NCBI RefSeq assembly: GCF_964188315.1
Contig: NC_135660.1
Coordinates: 39,928,001 to 39,992,000, forward strand
From: Podarcis muralis
Lineage: Eukaryota
DNA: 64,000 nt
Reading direction: 5' to 3'
Part shown: piece after piece, positions 62,063-64,000 of the stretch
Numbering within the stretch: position 1 is the stretch's first letter
How the letters are laid out: the number at the start of each line of letters is the position of its first letter
Program-made: the position numbers and the translations under genes
Notes under the pieces: generated by a model
Seen by the model: the letters and a program-made list of their open reading frames with translations, nothing else
What the model was told of the DNA's origin: nothing
Database searches by the model: none

Positions 62063-62090
62063 AGTAAATATTTGAGGTTAGGGATTAACT
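62063..62090 (+). promoter_or_regulatory. PROC: Protein C liver promoter core: overlapping FOXA(HNF3) site(s) plus HNF1/HNF6-type site
   Basis: AGTAAATATTTGAGGTTAGGGATTAACT closely parallels the human PROC proximal promoter (recalled as AGCAAATATTTGTGGTTATGGATTAACT). It lies just upstream of a GTAAGT donor and the signal-peptide exon. Confidence 0.8.
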
Positions 62091-62094
62091 AGCA

Positions 62095-62149
62095 TTCTCA
62101 GAGTCTGATGGCAGAAAAGTAGACAACTGTGATTCAGCTGGTGAAATCA
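62095..62149 (+). other. PROC: Probable PROC non-coding exon 1 (TSS approximate)
   Basis: Directly downstream of the promoter motif and ends at a consensus donor tca|GTAAGT (62150). Human PROC has a short non-coding exon 1. Confidence 0.65.
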
Positions 62150-62685
62150 GTAAGTCTTTTGGAAGGGTTTTTTTCCAGTACTAATTCTCCTTTTTAAAAC
62201 ATTTTTTTAACCTAGTCAAAAACAGAAGAGGTAAAAAGTGGGAGAGATAACAGTGGGAAATCTGGAAAGAGAAACAGCAGTACATTTAGTGTGGCGTTCT
62301 CCCCCAAATACATGAGTGTGGTGTTCTTTTTGCTTTGGGAACACACAATGATATTAAAGACAGTAAAGCAACTTTGTGTTTTGCATAGAATTGTTTTTTT
62401 TTAGGAGAATGAATGTGCTACTGTGAAGGTGAAACATAATTTAGTTAAATATATAATGGGATCAGGAGTGGTAGCTGTGGAAAAAATGTTCCAATGTCTG
62501 TAGAGTACATTGTATGAAACTGTCCACCAAACTTTATATATGCCTGTGTAAACTATAACAGTTATAAATGTGGAACTGTATTAAATCTGAATACAAATAT
62601 ATAGTGTTATAGGAGCTTGTATTTCCTTAAAACAAATGGTCAGATCTTCGGTGGTTATTCTCTTAGGTGTGTGATGTGTTGTGCA

Positions 62686-62755
62686 ATGTGGAGAATCTTT
62701 ACCCTCTCGGTGTTTTCAGCTGCCTTCATATTGCCTAGTGGACATGAAGGCTCAG
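62686..62755 (+). CDS. PROC: PROC signal-peptide exon coding part (MWRIFTLSVFSAAFILPSGHEGS+G); exon starts 62667
   Basis: Acceptor tcttag|62667; 70 coding nt then |gtatat (phase 1), the same length and phase as recalled for human PROC exon 2 (MWQLTS...); hydrophobic core present. Confidence 0.85.
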
Positions 62756-63675
62756 GTATATCCTTCTTCTTTCCTGCATTACTCCTTATCAAATACACTG
62801 TGTCCTATGAAATTTCTGTGGGTACGATAGTAAGGGCACAAGCCCCAGAGACAGTTGCATTCTCTCTCTATAGAATTCTCTTCAAAATAGTTTCAGATTA
62901 CATAGGGAGTTAGAATGTCGGTGCTTTCACTTGACATGGAAGCCAGTCTGGGCAAGGAGGGGTGTACAATAGAGTATGTCTCGTTGCAAAGCATTGTTAG
63001 GTAGGCCCCAGCATTCATCAACACCATTCTGATAGTTTAGCGGCAGCCGTGGCTACCAGTGTGTTTCTGGGCCTAGTTCAGAGTGCTGGTGCCCTAAACA
63101 GTTTGGAACTGGATTATTTTGAAGATTGCTTTAACCCATATGTCTCTTCTCACTGGTGAAATTAGTTATGTTGGTGAACACATGAGGCAGGGCCTTCCTG
63201 GTGTAGGCCCTGCAGTTGTGAAACATCTTTTCAGTTAATATTTCCCTGGCCCCTTCAGGTCTGGCATCCAAGACCTTAAAAACATTTTTCACTGTTGACT
63301 TCCCTTAAGAGAATGTTGGTGATCTAATTCAGCATCTTTCATATGTCTATTTGACTCCATTCACTCAGTGCTTCATACTCCGATTGCTGTTCCATTCCTT
63401 TTATTTCTCTCAGAGTCACATCTCTCTGTGAGGGTTTAACCCTGAAAAGTGACTAATAAATAAATAAACTGCTAAAGTCAACATTATTTTCTCCTTTCCA
63501 AGTTTTAATAATCCCTCAGAATTTAGTGTTTACTATTTTAAAAACTCTTCTCCCTCTCCTCTACATCCATTATATAAAATAAATGGGGAATACACTGTGA
63601 ATAAGTGTCTGCAGATAGCATGATGTTGCTATAAATGGCCCAGATGGATATTTTTGTTTTGTTTTCTGCCTGAAG

Positions 63676-63836
63676 TATTTTATAGCAGCCAAGAAGCAAA
63701 TCAAGTGCTGAAAATCCAGAAGCGGGCAAATAGTTTTTTGGAAGAATTAAAGCAGGGTTCATTGGAACGGGAATGCCGAGAGGAAGTATGTGATTTTGAG
63801 GAAGCCAGTGAAATATTTGAAACCAAGGAAGCAACA
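63676..63836 (+). CDS. PROC: PROC propeptide + Gla domain exon ([17 protein letters not shown]|[37 protein letters not shown]); gene continues beyond window
   Basis: Gamma-carboxylase site F-16/A-10/L-6; I at -4 (human PC RIRKR); ANSFLEEL and C-D-F-E-E-A as in protein C; phase 1 in, phase 0 out |gtaagt. Confidence 0.88.
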
Positions 63837-64000
63837 GTAAGTTATTGCTAAAGACTGGGAACTAAGCATTGAATCCCATTGCCACTTGAGGTAAAACAGA
63901 AAATGGCGTCCCCTGTCACTGCCACCTCCTCCTCCATTGCTCCCCCCCCCCTCCCCGTTGCCACCTGAGGTGACTAAGATGCAGGCCAGGGAAGCCCCAG

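Noticed and set aside
62758-62765. ATATCCTT, a U12-type AT-AC donor consensus 2 nt inside PROC intron 2
   Set aside because: No TCCTTAAC branch site or AC acceptor near 63676; the GT donor at 62756 gives the expected 70-nt phase-1 exon
63676-63836. Alternative identity as F7, F9, F10, F2 or PROZ
   Set aside because: I at -4, the CDFEEA motif, L8, the 70-nt MW- signal exon and the promoter match all favour protein C; downstream exons would confirm
1-64000. CRISPR arrays, rRNA, prokaryotic operons or defence systems
   Set aside because: None seen; all regular repeats are microsatellites or eukaryotic TEs

Overview
Vertebrate (squamate reptile) genomic DNA. The Sauria/Squam1-like and Squam3-like SINEs, BovB tails, and CR1 and L2 LINEs point to a lacertid-type lizard. 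The window carries 29 coding exons of diacylglycerol kinase delta (DGKD, + strand, 2086-54415; exons 2-30 by human numbering, exon 1 lies upstream of the window). All are GT-AG and splice into one open frame of 3501 nt (1166 aa + stop) covering the PH, two C1, split catalytic and SAM domains. A probable ~3 kb 3' UTR follows. The window ends in the 5' part of a vitamin K-dependent Gla gene best read as protein C (PROC, + strand): a liver-type FOXA/HNF1 promoter at ~62063-62089, a probable non-coding exon 1, a signal-peptide exon (62686-62755) and a propeptide/Gla exon (63676-63836). Introns are rich in transposons. Most notable observations: (1) a head-to-head Sauria SINE dimer inside one 10-bp target-site duplication; (2) an LTR-like element inserted 6 nt into DGKD intron 22 that supplies an in-frame stop and AATAAA and carries a decayed acidic ORF; (3) a stop-free in-frame 141-nt intron containing a (CA)n repeat; (4) a protein C Gla domain naturally carrying residues engineered into high-affinity human variants; (5) a DGKD-PROC adjacency not seen in human. 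No prokaryotic-type systems or CRISPR arrays are present. Comparisons with human sequences are from recall, not database searches.
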